In this document: positions 16,798 through 30,762 of the stretch, piece after piece
How the letters are laid out: every line of letters begins with the position of its first letter
Numbering within the stretch: the stretch's first letter is position 1
Source of the DNA: the human T2T-CHM13v2.0 reference genome, Homo sapiens
Length of the DNA: 64,000 bases
Direction: 5' to 3' (one strand)
Assembly: GCF_009914755.1 (NCBI RefSeq)
Contig: NC_060926.1
The notes under the pieces: model-generated
The model's input: only the letters and a program-made list of their open reading frames with translations
What the model was told of the DNA's origin: nothing
Databases searched by the model: none
Translations under genes and position numbers: made by a program

Positions 16798-17769
16798 AAT
16801 TAAAATGCAATATTTTTATAACATTAAAAAACTTTATTTTATAACATTAATATAATTAAAAAGTAATACAGATTTACTACAGAAGATTTAGAAAATACAG
16901 AGGGCACACAGAAAAAAATAACAATCACTTAATTAGTTAGCATTTTGTGGTATATTCTATTCATCTAGGCTCCTTTCTCTACATATATATGTATTTATAT
17001 TTGCTCATGTTATTTTATAACCTGCTTGTTTACTTCATATCCTAGTTTTTTTTTTAAGTGGAGATCTAAAGTTATGTTGTTTTTTTACTGCTGCCTAAGC
17101 AAGAGTTCAGTCTTATGTGTAATAGTGTAATTTACATAAGTAATTCCCTGTTTATTGACATTTAGGTGCTCTCTCTCTCTCTCTCTCTCTGTCTCTCTTT
17201 TTGTCTTATAAACAGTGCCATGATGACCATTTTTATATAGCCATTATTACCCACTTTTTTTTGGGGGGGGGGTTGAATTCCATAAACAGAGTTGGTGGGT
17301 CAAAGAGATACCTTTTTAAAGGAAAGGAAATCACGTAGTGCCTGTGCTTGAGTTTAGTTATTTTTAAAAGCCTAGTAACCTACCAAAGTATAACGCAGCA
17401 TGTAACAATGTAACAAGGAATTGATATTACCTCTGTCTACCCTTTCCCCAAAAAAGACAAACCAGAACTCTGGTACCTACTTCCAGGATTCTACATGTTT
17501 ACAACTAGTCATGTTTATTATATGAAACACAGTCCTCTAAAAACGTTTACTGTATTTTCTTCTGGTTTTTTGGTTTGAGAGACTGTCTCATAATCTGGTG
17601 AAAGAAATGAAGATGAGATTTATTTTTAGAGCTAAATTTGGTCTGTAAGTTAAATTGAGGGAGGATGTCATGATCTGGCTCCTTAATTTCTGGATTCAGC
17701 TCTGTCATCTGCCAACTCTCTTAACAAGAAGAGAGTCATCTGTGATCTGTTTAAAAATTTTCTCATTTA

Positions 17770-17916
<147 letters not shown>

Positions 17917-17973
17917 TTATCTAGGTTTGGTGGTACGCACTTGTATTCCCAGCTACTTGAGAGGCTAAGGCAG

Positions 17974-19342
17974 TGTGTCCGGAATTGGTGGGTTCTTGGT
18001 CTCACTGACTTCAAGAATGAAGCCGTGGACCCTCGCGGTGAGTGTTACAGTTCTTAAAGGTGGTGTGTCCAGAGTTTGTTCCTTCTGATGTTCAGATGTG
18101 TTCGGAGTTTCTTCCTTCTGGTGGGTTCGTGGTCTCGCTGGCTCAGGAGTGAAGCTGCAGACCTTTGCAGTGAGTGTTACAGCTCTTAAGGCGGCGCATC
18201 TGGAGTTGTTTGTTCCTCCCGGTGGGCTTGTGGTCTCGCTGGCTTCAGGAGTGAAGCTGCAGACCTTCACGGTGAGTGTTATAGCTCATAAAGGCAGTGT
18301 GGACCCAAAGAGTGAGCAGTAGCAAGATTTATTGCAAAGAGCGAAAGAACAAAGCTTCCACAGTGTGGAAGGGGACCCGAGCGGGTTGCCACTGCTGGCT
18401 CCCGCAGCCTGCTTTTATTCTCTTATCTGGCCCCACCCACATCCTGCTGATTGGTAGAGCTGAGTGGTCTGTTTTGACAGGGCGCTGATTGGCGCATTTA
18501 CAATCCCTGAGCTAGACACAAAGGTTCTCCACGGTCCCCACCAGAGTAGCTAGATACAGAGTGTTGATTGGTGCATTCACAAACCTTGAGCTAGACACAG
18601 GGTGCTGATTGGTGTGTTTACAAACCTTGAGCTAGATACAGAGTGCCGATTGGTGTATTTACAATCCCTGAGCTAGACACAAAGGTTCTCCACGTCCCCA
18701 CCAGACTCAGGAGCCCAGCTGGCTTCACCCAGTGGATCCCGCACCAGGGCTGCAGATGGAGCTGCCGGCTAGTCCCACACATTGCACCCGCATTCCTCAG
18801 CCCTTGGGTGGTTGATGCGACTGGGTGCCGTGGAGCAGGGGGTGGCGCTTGTTGAGGAGGCTCGGGCTGCGCAGGAGCCCATGGAGGGAGTGGGAGGCTT
18901 AGGCATGGCGGGCTGCAGGTCCCGAGCCCTGCCACACGGGAAGGCAGCTAAGGCCCTGCGAGAAATCGAGCGCAGCACTGGTGGGCTGGCACTGCTGGGG
19001 GACCCAGTACAGCCTCCGCAGCCGCTGGCCCGGGTGCTAAGCCCCTCATTGCCTGGGGCCGGCTGCTCCGAGTGCAGGGCTGGCCAAGCCCACGCCCACC
19101 TGGAACTCCAGCTGGCCCGCAAGCGCTGCATGCAGCCCTGGTGCCCACTTGTGCCTCTCCCTCCACACCTCCGTGCAAGCTGAGGGAGCAGGTTCCAGCC
19201 TTGGCCAGCCCAGAAAGGGGCTCCCACAGTGCAGCGGTGGGCTGAAGGGCTCCTCAAGTGCCGCCAAAGTGGGAGCCCAGGCAGAGGAGGCGCCAAGAGC
19301 GAGCGAGGGCTGTGAGGACTGCCAGCACTCTGTCACCTCTCA
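17974..19342 (-). mobile_element. Solo LTR12C (ERV9/ERV1), 1369 bp
   Basis: Minus-strand termini TGAGAGGTGACAG...CCAATTCCGGACACA; 4-bp TSD gcag/gcgg; GC-rich U3 and tandem CCAAT units. Confidence 0.95.
18410..18660 (-). promoter_or_regulatory. LTR12C promoter/enhancer core: five CCAAT (NF-Y) boxes, GATA sites, AATAAA TATA-like box
   Basis: attgg at 18450, 18488, 18567, 18608, 18649; ttatct at 18423-18428; tttatt at 18414-18419; LTR polyA signal tttatt at 18328-18333. Confidence 0.75.
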
Positions 19343-19659
19343 GCGGGAAGACCACTTGAGCCTAGGAATTTGAAGTTACAATGCACTATGACCATGCCAC
19401 AGCACCCCAGCCTGGGTGACAGAGTGCGACCCTGTCACTAAAACAAAATAATATTGAATCCTCATATATTAAAGATGTATTTTGATAACTGGATCTAAAA
19501 ATGTTTTGTACTTTGGGGAAAGTGAAGTATGTATCCAAAGAATTGCTTTAAATACATATGCTGCCATTTAGCTCAGTTTCTTCTTATTTACCCATATCTG
19601 TAGATCATCAGCATTACTAGGACAGGTTTTTCATCTTTATACTAACACTCTTCTCTAGT

Positions 19660-19870
19660 AAGGATGGAGTAAAGAACCCTGGAATTAGTCTTGAAATTTG
19701 ATTCTCTTGTAAAATGATGCCATAACTAAGAGCAAATCACCTGTTTCTTGAGTCTTATTTATAAAATAATATAAATATCTACCAATATATCCCAAGATTG
19801 TGAGGACCTAATAAGCACATGATTGCAGAGGCTCTCTGAGAACTGTAAAACATTACATAACTGCAAGGTG
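19660..19870 (+). mobile_element. MIR-family SINE remnant
   Basis: gcaaatcacctgtttcttgagtc...aagattgtgagga...ctgtaaaacattacataactgcaagg. Confidence 0.55.
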
Positions 19871-20042
19871 ACATTGTATATTTCATCACTTTCTGTGACC
19901 AGCAAGGTGAGATGTAAGAAAAGTATAGGAGAACATGGGCTTAAATCGTTAGAAATTACTGATTCCAGCCTTGGCTTCCTAGTTCTTTGATGTTGTTTGT
20001 TGTTGTAGGTGTGTGGTTCTCACTGCCTTAGAGCAAAAGTTT

Positions 20043-20335
20043 GTTTTTTGAGAGAGAGAGGGTCTTGCTCTATCTCCCAGGCTGGAGTGCCGTGTTGCAG
20101 TCACAGCTCACTGCAGCCTCCCATTCCTGCGCTCAAGTGATCCTCCTGACTCAGCCTCCAAAATAACTAGGACCACTGATGTGAGCCACCACATCCAGCT
20201 AATTTTTATTTTTTTAATAGAGAATCATAGTCTCACCATGTTGCCCAGGGTGGTCTCGATCTCCTAAGCTGAAGCGATCCTCCTGTCTTGCCTCCCAAAG
20301 TGTTGGGATTATAGACATAAGCCACTGCGCCTGGC
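20043..20335 (-). mobile_element. AluJ
   Basis: cacagctcactgcagcctcc...gctcaagtgatcctcc; TSD gcaaaagttt at 20033 and 20334. Confidence 0.88.
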
Positions 20336-22109
20336 AAAAGTTTTTACTACTAATAGATTCTAACTAAATTTGTAGTAATACTTGAATGGGAAAATGTATT
20401 TGGTGTTCCAACTTGGGATTCTGCCCTATTAAGAAAAACATATTTCTGCCTGGCACTGGAAGCCCTTTTCTCAAGCCCCTTTTTTTTTTTTTTTAAATGT
20501 TTCTGGACCTTTGTTCATTTTGGACATAATGTTTTCTCTGCCTCGCTTATTTATTTCTTCTTTTGCCCTGCTAAATCCCTATTGATCCTAAAAGTCAATA
20601 GTTTAGATTTTACTTTCTTTGGGCATCTTTCCCTAACCTTCCAAGATGAGTGGTTTGACTAGTTGAGATTGGACATGCTTGTGAAGTTCAAACATGATTG
20701 CATACTTCATTATCTCTCTCTGACTAGGTGAGTTTCTTAATGGCAGAGACTGTTTCTCATTCAACAGTTCTCAATAACAGGATAATATCCGGTGTTTAAT
20801 AGGTGTTCTCAAGTGTATAGAAATGATGCCTACTGATAAATAATTTTTAATTCATGCATTGTAGCATATTCAGCCATCTAGTTTCGTTTACTCTAGTGCA
20901 CTTCTATATCTTGAGGCCGGATATTTATTTCGTTTGGAGGTTGATAAATGTTCACTTAGAAAGCCTCTGTGGTGCTTAAGGACCCTGAAATATTTGTTGA
21001 GCCAACTTGGTCACTATAAACATAGAATGAAGTTGACAGAGAAATTGATGGCATTGAGGTAAGATGAGTCATAGATTCTAGACCTGAGTGAAGAAATAAG
21101 AGCTATAAGGGAATCTGATGAAGAAAATGGAAAGGTCAAGAAGCTGGAGATTTTCATGAATTTGAAGACTAGGCATAGTGAGTGAGAAGATATGTGTGAA
21201 CTCAGGGAATAGGAAGTAGAAATTGTATTCAGAAGAGGACCAGTATATAAAGAAACAAAAGCATAAAACAGTATGCTGTTACTGGGGAATAGCAAGAAGG
21301 TTGCTGTAATTTTAGAGAAGGATATTTGGGAGAGGTATGGTGCTAGAATGATAATAGGTTGGACTGCTTCAGATGAGACATGTTTGTCAAGCTCAAAAAA
21401 TGAGACTTTATCCTGTAGATGGTGGGCAACTTGCCTTTTTCTTTAGTATGATGTAGAAGCTCCATGAGCTTATGGTGTGCCAGGCACTGGGGACAAAGTG
21501 GTAGATGCAAAACAGACACATTGTCTTGCCCCACAGTCCAGTGGAAGAAGGAGGCAGAAATCACATGGTTACAAAAACAGATATAAACGTCCACTTCTGA
21601 GAAGCCTATGCTGGAAAGGTGTGTGTTTCCGAGAACTGATAAAAGAGATTTTTTTTTTCCACTTAGGATGGTCAGATTTCACTGAAGACGTGACATTTTA
21701 AATGTGGACCAGAAGGGTTTATTTAGGAGAAGTAGGGGATTGTTATTGGGGGAGGGGGCTGTGTGGAGAATGGCAGGTAGGAGAAATAGTAATTCATGTT
21801 GCTGTTTCAGAGTTTACAAATCTCTCAAAGGCTACATTTGTTTAATTTTGTTACAGGCAGTAAGACCTTATCAAAACACAAATGGGTAGTTTGAATATAT
21901 TAGGGTTTTCTTAAAAACAGTTTTGACTGCGATCGACAATAAAAAACATTTTACAAACGTATATGACTGAAATAACTTTTTACATTCAGTACTCTCTGAT
22001 TTTTTTTCTTTTCCGTAAAAAAAAATTGCTGACTATGACCTATTAGTGGGTGCAGTTTGAAAAACATGGGGTAAAATGACTGGTTAGGTTTGTTTGTTTG
22101 TTTGTTTGT

Positions 22110-22764
22110 TTCTTTCTTTTTTAATTATACTTTAAGTTCTAGGGTACATGTGCACAACATGCAGGTTTGTTACATAGGTATACATGTGCCATGTTGGTTT
22201 GCTGCACCTATTAACTCGTCATTTACATTAGGTATTTCTCCTAATGCTATCCCTCCCCCTACCCCCTACCCGACAACAGGCCCCCGGGGTGTGATGTTCC
22301 CCACCTTGTGTCCAAGTGTTCTCATTATTCAGTTCCCACCTATGAGTGAGAACATGCGGTGTTTGGTTTTTTGTCCTTGTGATAGTTTGCTCAGAATGAT
22401 GGTGTCCAGCTGCATCCATGTCCCAGCAAAGGAAATGAACTCATCCTTTTTTATGGCTGCGTAGTATTCTGTGGTGTATATGTGCCACATTTTCTTAATC
22501 CAGTCTGTCATTCATGGACATTTGGGTTGGTTCCAAGTCTTTGCTATTGTGAATAGTGCCGCAGTAAACATATGTGTGCATGTGTCTTTATAGTAGCATG
22601 ATTTATAATCCTTTGGGTATATACCCAGTAATGGGATTGCTGGGTCGAATGGTATTTCTAGTTCTAGATCCTTGAGGAATCATCACACTGTCTTCCACAA
22701 TGGTTGAACTAGTTTACACTCCCACCAACAGTGTAAAAGCATTCCTATTTCTCCACATCCTCTC
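22110..22764 (-). mobile_element. 5'-truncated L1PA5/6-like 3' end with (GTTT)n tail (22088-22110)
   Basis: ttatactttaagttctagggtacatgtgcacaac...; ORF 22329-22511 [18 protein letters not shown]. Confidence 0.92.
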
Positions 22765-23468
22765 TACCTTGTCATTTTATGTTTATAAAGTTATTATCAG
22801 TATTCATAAGCCTTTATCTCCACTAATTAATGAGTAGTGTTTTTGACCTGTGGTTACTGGGGTGCATTGAGTGCACACCAAAACCCTTGTTCAGTTTTAA
22901 AACTAAATATGTTTTGAAAACTCTCCAATACATAATCTTATTATTGTATAGAGTTTTTTTTGGGAGGAAAGTTGCAGAGAGTCGAGTTACTCATATACCT
23001 CAGTTTTGTGGTACGTTGTTACTGTTGGTTTCTACAAGGGCCTTCTCTTTTCCTCTCCTCCCCTCCTCTCACTGTATTTTCATTTTTATTATGGAATTAT
23101 TAAACATACACAAGTATAATGAATCTCCATGTGGTCATCTTCTGCAGTTAATCACATATGGCCAATCGTGTTTTGTCTCTGACACTGTAGTCCAATACGG
23201 CCTGAATTTGAAAGGGTATTGCAAGACTCCTCTCTGGTTTCCTTTATTCTGTTCTCTCTCTGCTACTCCCATTCTTTTCTCTACCCTCTCAGGCAACCAA
23301 CTAATATATTTAATGTGTCTCTTTTGGCAAAATCCATACTGTTTTATGTACATTTGCTTTTAATTTATAGAAATCACATGTTATATCTGATTCTATTTCT
23401 TACAAGTTTTCTGAATTAACACTGCTTTTTTTTTCCTTATTCACAAAATATATCACAAGGATCTTAAA

Positions 23469-24928
<1,460 letters not shown>

Positions 24929-25760
24929 AACAGTGCTTCTAAGATGCATCACATTGTATATGCATCTGGACTGTTGATACCAACTGTTTGGTAATATTCA
25001 TGATGAGCATCTACCACATTTGACTTCCCTACTGTCCCACTCATAGATACCCACGTTGCCTCAAACTTTCCTCTACAGCGGATACCATTTCAGTGAACCC
25101 CTATGCCTACTTACATACCTGCGTGAGGTTTTCTTTGGGTTATACAGTCAAGACAGGAGTTGCTAGTTCACAGATTATGCAGATTCAGTTTGAGTAATTA
25201 ATCACGTTGCTCTCTGGAATGGTAGAAAGTCTGTGCTTCCATAGTCATACATGCCGGAATTTGTATCATATCCTTGCCAACACTTGGCATTATTTTAGTT
25301 TTTTATTTTTGCCAGCCTAATCAGTATAAATCGTCTCATAAAATTTTTTAAACTTGTGTTTTTCTGATTACTAATGAATTTGCACATCTCTTCACATACT
25401 TGTTAGCCTTTTGGGTTTTCTCTTCTGTAAATTGCCTATTTATATCTTTTACCCATTTTTCCTTTAGGGTTACTTTTCCTGTTAATTTGCAGGAGTTTCT
25501 TATATATTCTTGATAGTAATCATTTATAGGTTTTAGACATTTAAAATAACATACTATTTTGTCATAAATTTATTAACTTTGTCCGTGGTGTCCTTTATTG
25601 AACAAAAATTTTTAATTTTAATATAATGGATTTCGTTGAGTTTTTTTTTCTTTATTGTTCGTACTTCTGAAATTTTAAGGAGTTCTCTGCTCTTACAGCT
25701 GAAAGATATTTCCCTTTGTTTTCTTCTGTCTATGGTTTTATTTAGCATGTTTAGATATAT

Positions 25761-27799
25761 ACAGATATTGTAGGTTTGGTTCCAAGCCACCACAATAAAG
25801 CGAGTAACACTAAATAAAGCAAGTTACATGAATATTTTGGTTTCACAGTGCATATAAAAGTTATGCTGGCTGGGCACGGTGGCTCACGCCTGTAATCCCA
25901 GCACTTTGGGAGGCTGAGGTGGGCAGATCACGAGGTCAGGAGATCGAGACCATCCTGGCTAACACGGTGAAACACCGTCTCTACTAAAAATACAAAAAAA
26001 TTAGCCGGGTGTGGTGGCGGGAGCCTGTAGTCCCAGCTACTCAGGAGGCTAAGGCAGGAGAATGGCGTGAGCTCCGCTTCGGGGGGCAGAGCCTGCAGTG
26101 AGCCAAGATTGCGCCACTGCACTCTAGCCTGGGCGACAGAGCGAGATTCCATCTCAAAAAATAAAAATAAAAAAATAAAAGTTATGCTTATACTATACTG
26201 TGGTCTATTACGTATGCACTAGCACTGTGTCTAAAATATATCCATTCCTTAATTTTAAAATGCCCTATTGCTAAAAAATGGTTGCTAACGGTCATCTGAG
26301 CTTTCGGTTATTCACAATCTTTTTACTGTTGGAGGGTCTTGCCTTGATGTTAATGGCTAGACTGATCAGGGTAATGTTTGCTAAAGGTTAGGTGGCTGTG
26401 GAAGTTTCTTATAATAAGACAATAGTGAAGTTTGCTGCATCAGTTGACTCATGAAAGAATTTGTTGTAGCATGTGATGCTGTTTGATAACATTTTACTCA
26501 CAGTAGAACTTTTTTCAAAATTGCATTCTCAAACCCTGCTCCTGCTTATCAACTTTGTATAATGTTCCAAATCCTTTGTTGTCAGTTCAGCAATGTTCAC
26601 AACATCTTCACCTGCAGTAAATTCCATCTCAAGAAACCACTTCCTTGCTCATCCATAAGAAACAACTCCTCATCTGTTCAAGTTTTATGAAATTGCCACA
26701 ATTTGGTCACATAATATTCTGAACAGGCTCCACTTCTAATTCTAGTTTTCTTGCCATTTCCACTACATCTTCAGTTACTTCCTTTACTGAAGTCTTGAAC
26801 TCCTCAAAGTCATCCATGAGGATTAGAATTCCCTTCTTTCAAACTCCTGTTAATGTGGGCATTTTGACCTCTTTCTATGAATCATGAATGTTCTTAATGA
26901 CATCTACAATAGTGAATCCTTTTCAGAAGGTTTTCAGTTTACTTTGCTCAGATCCATCAGAGGAATTTATGGCAGCTATTGCCTTACAAAATGGATTTCT
27001 TAAATAAAAACTTGAAAGTCAAAATTACTTTTAATCCATGGACTGCAGAATGAATGTTGTCTTAGCAGGCATGAAAATAGCATTAATCTCCTTGTTCATC
27101 GCCATCAGACTTCTTGGGTGACCATATGCATTGTTGGGTAGTTGTATTTTAAACTAATTTTTTTTTCCCTGAGCAGTAGCCCTCAACAGTTAGCTTAGAA
27201 TATTTATTAAACCTGTAGAGCACAGGCAGAGTAGATTTAGCGTATTCTTGAGGGCCTTAGGATTTTTGGAATGGTAAATGAGCATTGACTACAATTAACA
27301 TTACCAGCTGATTAGCCCCTAACAAGAGAATCAGTCTGTTCTTTGAAGCTTTGAAACCAGGCGTTGACGTTTCCTCTCTAGCTGTAAAAGTCCTAGATGG
27401 CATCTTCTACCAGTAGAAGGCTATTTCATCTACATTGAAAATCTATTATTCAGTGTAGCCACCTTCATCAGTGATCTTAACTAGATCTTCTAGATGACTT
27501 GTGATGTTTCTCCATCAGCACTTGCTGCCTCACCTTGCGCTTTTATGTTATGGAGATGGATTTTTGCCTTCAACCTCATGAGCCAATCTCTGCCATCTTC
27601 TAACTTTTTTCCTGTAGCTTTTTCACCTCTCTCAGCCTTCATAGAATTGAAATGCCTTGCCCTGGATTAGGCTTTGGCTTACGGGAATGTTGTGGCTGGT
27701 TTGACATTGACCACTGACCAGACCACTGAAACTTTCTCTGTCTCACCAATAAGGCTGTTTTGCTTCGTTATTATTTGTGTGTTCACTAGAGTGGCACTT
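25761..27799 (-). mobile_element. Tigger1 (TcMar) DNA transposon, 5'-truncated, decayed transposase
   Basis: gatattgtaggtttggttccaagccaccacaataaagcg matches the Tigger1 terminus; internal ccatctcaagaaaccacttccttgctcatccataaga. Confidence 0.9.
25868..26175 (+). mobile_element. AluY inside Tigger1
   Basis: gatcgagaccatcctggctaacacggtgaaac; TSD taaaagttatgct at 25855-25867 and 26176-26188. Confidence 0.95.
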
Positions 27800-27909
27800 A
27801 GTGAGCTTAAAAAGGAGCAGAAAATGTGGCTTTATAATATTTTGTGATTTCTAGTAGGCAGGTCTCCGTTCTCATGCCACATTTTCTGCTGCTTTTTAAG
27901 TTTACTTAG
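27797..27909. repeat. Inverted repeat/hairpin with 31-34 bp arms and a 45-nt loop
   Basis: agtgagcttaaaaaggagcagaaaatgtggc (27800-27830) vs gccacattttctgctgctttttaagtttact (27876-27906): 28/31 Watson-Crick pairs plus 2 G-U. Confidence 0.92.
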
Positions 27910-28532
27910 CTATTCCTAGACTTCTGTTCCTTAGCCAAATTTCATGGCATTTTTCTTAAATATGCTTTCTTGATTTAACTTATTCTGACAAAATGCCAAA
28001 GAGATGCTGACTATGATGTAGTATAGATGATTATTTGGGGAAAAGCAGGTATGACTTGATTGGATCTGACAAAACGATGCTGCTTGTGGGAGTCCCAATA
28101 GCTGCCCTGGCTTACTGTTCACTTGTCTATGGCATAGAAGCTTGTTTGCCCACTTCCTCATATTGTATTTCTTTTCTTTCCCGTTTGTTTTTATGTCTCT
28201 GTCTCTCTGCTTTCTTTAACGGTAATTACTGGCAGAAGATCATGAAATTAATTATTTTCTTATTATTTGGTATCTATCCCCCTCTATCATCTTACCTTCC
28301 TTTTAAAGTACTAGTTATAATCAAACTAATCTACTGTGTATTTTGCATAGAATGGACCTTCAGTTTAATTTTATTTATGTCTTGCTGAACGAAACTTTTC
28401 TTTTTGGATCACTGCACTAATTCCTTTTGTATAATAACATTTCACATACCCTAAAGGCTTGAATGAAATTAAGACCTTCTAATTTCCAAAAAAATGGTGT
28501 AATATCTTAGGATTAAGAATTTTGGCTTTGCA

Positions 28533-28970
28533 AGACTTGGAACCAACCCAAATGTCCAACAATGATAGACTGGATTAAGAAAATGTGGCACATATGCACC
28601 ATGGAATACTATGCAGCCATAAAAAATGATGAGCTCATGTCCTTTGTAGGGACATGGATGAAGCTGGAAACCATCATTCTCAGCAAACTATTGCAAGGGC
28701 AAAAAATCAAACACCACATGTGCTCACTCATAGGTGGGAATTGAACAGTGAGAACACATGGACACAGGAAGGGGAACATCACACACACCAGGGCCTGTTG
28801 TGGGATGGGGGGAGGGGGGACGGATAGCATTAGGAGATATACCTAATGCTAAATGATGAGTTAATGGGTGCAGCACACCAACATGGCACATGTATACATA
28901 TGTAACAAACCTGCACATTGTACACATGTGCCCTAAAACTTAAAGTATAATAATAATAAAATTTTAAAAA
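28533..28970 (+). mobile_element. 5'-truncated L1PA3/4-like 3' end
   Basis: ORF2 tail ORF 28562-28744; perfect 18-bp TSD aagaattttggctttgca at 28515-28532 and 28971-28988. Confidence 0.95.
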
Positions 28971-29129
28971 AAGAATTTTGGCTTTGCATATATATGTATA
29001 TCCTGAATTGTGTTTCTGTTTTGTTACTTAGAACTGTTTGACCTCAACAACTTACAAAACATCCTTATGCCTCAGTTTCTTTATATGCATTTTGCATAGC
29101 CTGACATATAGTAGGAATCCAGTAAAGAT

Positions 29130-30080
29130 TTCATTTATTCATTCAGTTAATGTATGTTAAGCAGCTTCTATATTTTGGCCATTGTACTAGGCATTAGGGA
29201 TAAGAAATTAACAAAACAAGCAAAAATCATTGCCTCCTTGGAACTTACTTTATGCTAGGGGGAGAGGGGCAGTAAACAAATGAGATCTTTACTATGATGT
29301 TGCAAAGTGGTATGGAGGAAAGTAAAACAGGAAAGGTATGGAGGAAAGTAAAACAGGGAAGGAATGCTAGAGGAGGAGTACTCTTTTAGATTAGAAAAAA
29401 AAGTCACGGAAGGCCTCTCTGCTAAGATAAGACTGGAAGCAATTTTGAAAGCAGACCTTTTGGATATATAGAAACAGCAACATCAGTGTGGCTAGAATTA
29501 AAGATTGGAGAGGAGAGAGGTTGGAAATGAGATAAGAGAGATGCAGAGTCTTGTAGGTCATTGAGTGAAATTTTTTTTTTTTTTGAGACGGAGTCTCGCT
29601 GTGTCGCCCAGGCTGGAGTCCAGTGGCGGATCTCGGCTCACTGTAACCTCTGCCTCCTGGGTTCACGCCATTCTCCTGCCTCAGCCTCCTGAGTAGCTGG
29701 GACTAGAGGCACCCGCCACTACGCCCGGCTAATTTTTTTTGTATTTTTAGTAGAGTCGGGGTTTCACTGTGTTAGCCAGGATGGTTTCGATCTCCTGACC
29801 TTTTGATCCGCCCATCTTGGCCTCCCAAAGTGCTGGGATTACAGGCATGAGCCACCACCCAGCCATTGAGTGATTTTTAACCTTTACTCTGAATAGGATG
29901 GAGATCAGAAATCCTTTATGGGGTGGGTGGCATGACACGATTTACCTTCCAAAAGGTAAAACTGTTTTATTGGGAATGGGCCATTGTGGGGGAAGGGAGG
30001 AAGGAGGGAAAATTCTATTTAGGAGGCTATTTCAGTAAGTTGTGGAAGTAATGAAGTGATTAGAAACTGGATATATGTTA
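29130..30080 (-). mobile_element. L2 remnant interrupted by an Alu
   Basis: tttcatttattcattcagt...attgtactaggcattagggat...cagtgtggctagaatt. Confidence 0.6.
29571..29864 (-). mobile_element. AluY-like
   Basis: gggttcacgccattctcc, gttagccaggatggtttcgatctcc; TSD cattgagtga at 29559 and 29864. Confidence 0.9.
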
Positions 30081-30602
30081 TAGGAACTGTTCATTTAACC
30101 TTTATTTAAAAATATTTTCTGCCCTGGTAGTAATAAAACTTGTTGAACATAATTTTATCTTTCTTTGAAATATTCAGAATTTTGTACTGTTAAAGTTTGA
30201 AGTAATAAATGCAGAAGATACTTAAAATCTGTGATACAAATTTATTTCCTGTAATTTGGAATTTTTCTTTCATCTGGTAGTGGTGACAAACACCTCAATT
30301 AATCTAGCAAACAGATTAATTTTTTGTAATTGAAATTTTATATTCTAGTTTCTGAGTATATATTTAATTTTGTTTAAAAAATTCTACTTACAAAAATTGT
30401 AATAATCTAAGGTGTTATCAGTATGAGCCACGAGTATTAAGAGAGAATGATGACAATGTAACTGTAGGTCTTTGGCAAAGGAACTATTTATAATTGATTC
30501 TTAAAGCACTTTGTGATTATTAAACAAAGTAACTTTTATATAAAATTATGCATTGATTAATATTACTAAAACAACTTATGTTGCCTACTTTACATTTTCC
30601 AG

Positions 30603-30762
30603 GAACATCATTTACAGCGAGCAATTTCAGCACAGCAAGTGTTTAGAGAAAAAAAAGAGAGTATGGTCATTCCTGTTCCTGAGGCAGAGAGCAACGTCAA
30701 CTATTACAATCGCTTGTACAAAGGAGAGTTTAAACAGCCAAAACAGTTCATTCATATTCAGC
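30603..30762 (+). CDS. EPC2: Enhancer of polycomb homolog 2, internal coding exon (exon 2, 160 nt, phase 0 to 1), part of the EPcA domain
   Basis: Acceptor ctttacattttccAG|GAA and donor CAGC|GTAAGT; translation EHHLQRAISAQQVFREKKESMVIPVPEAESNVNYYNRLYKGEFKQPKQFIHIQ matches EPC2 as I recall it (EPC1 has QQVYGEKRDNMVIP). Confidence 0.96.

Noticed and set aside
18440-18700. Spaced repeats (ctgattgg...gagctagacac) resembling a CRISPR array
   Set aside because: These are the tandem U3 enhancer units of LTR12; no unique spacers or cas genes; eukaryotic context
17965-19373. Dense cluster of overlapping GC-rich ORFs (up to 175 aa)
   Set aside because: All lie within LTR12C; stop-poor GC-rich sequence, no recognisable protein
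22830-23419. 177-aa hydrophobic ORF
   Set aside because: T-rich antisense L1ME and unique DNA give Phe/Leu-rich chance ORFs; no splice or homology support
29309-29360. 2 x 26-bp tandem repeat ggtatggaggaaagtaaaacagg
   Set aside because: Real, but a small slippage duplication within an L2 remnant
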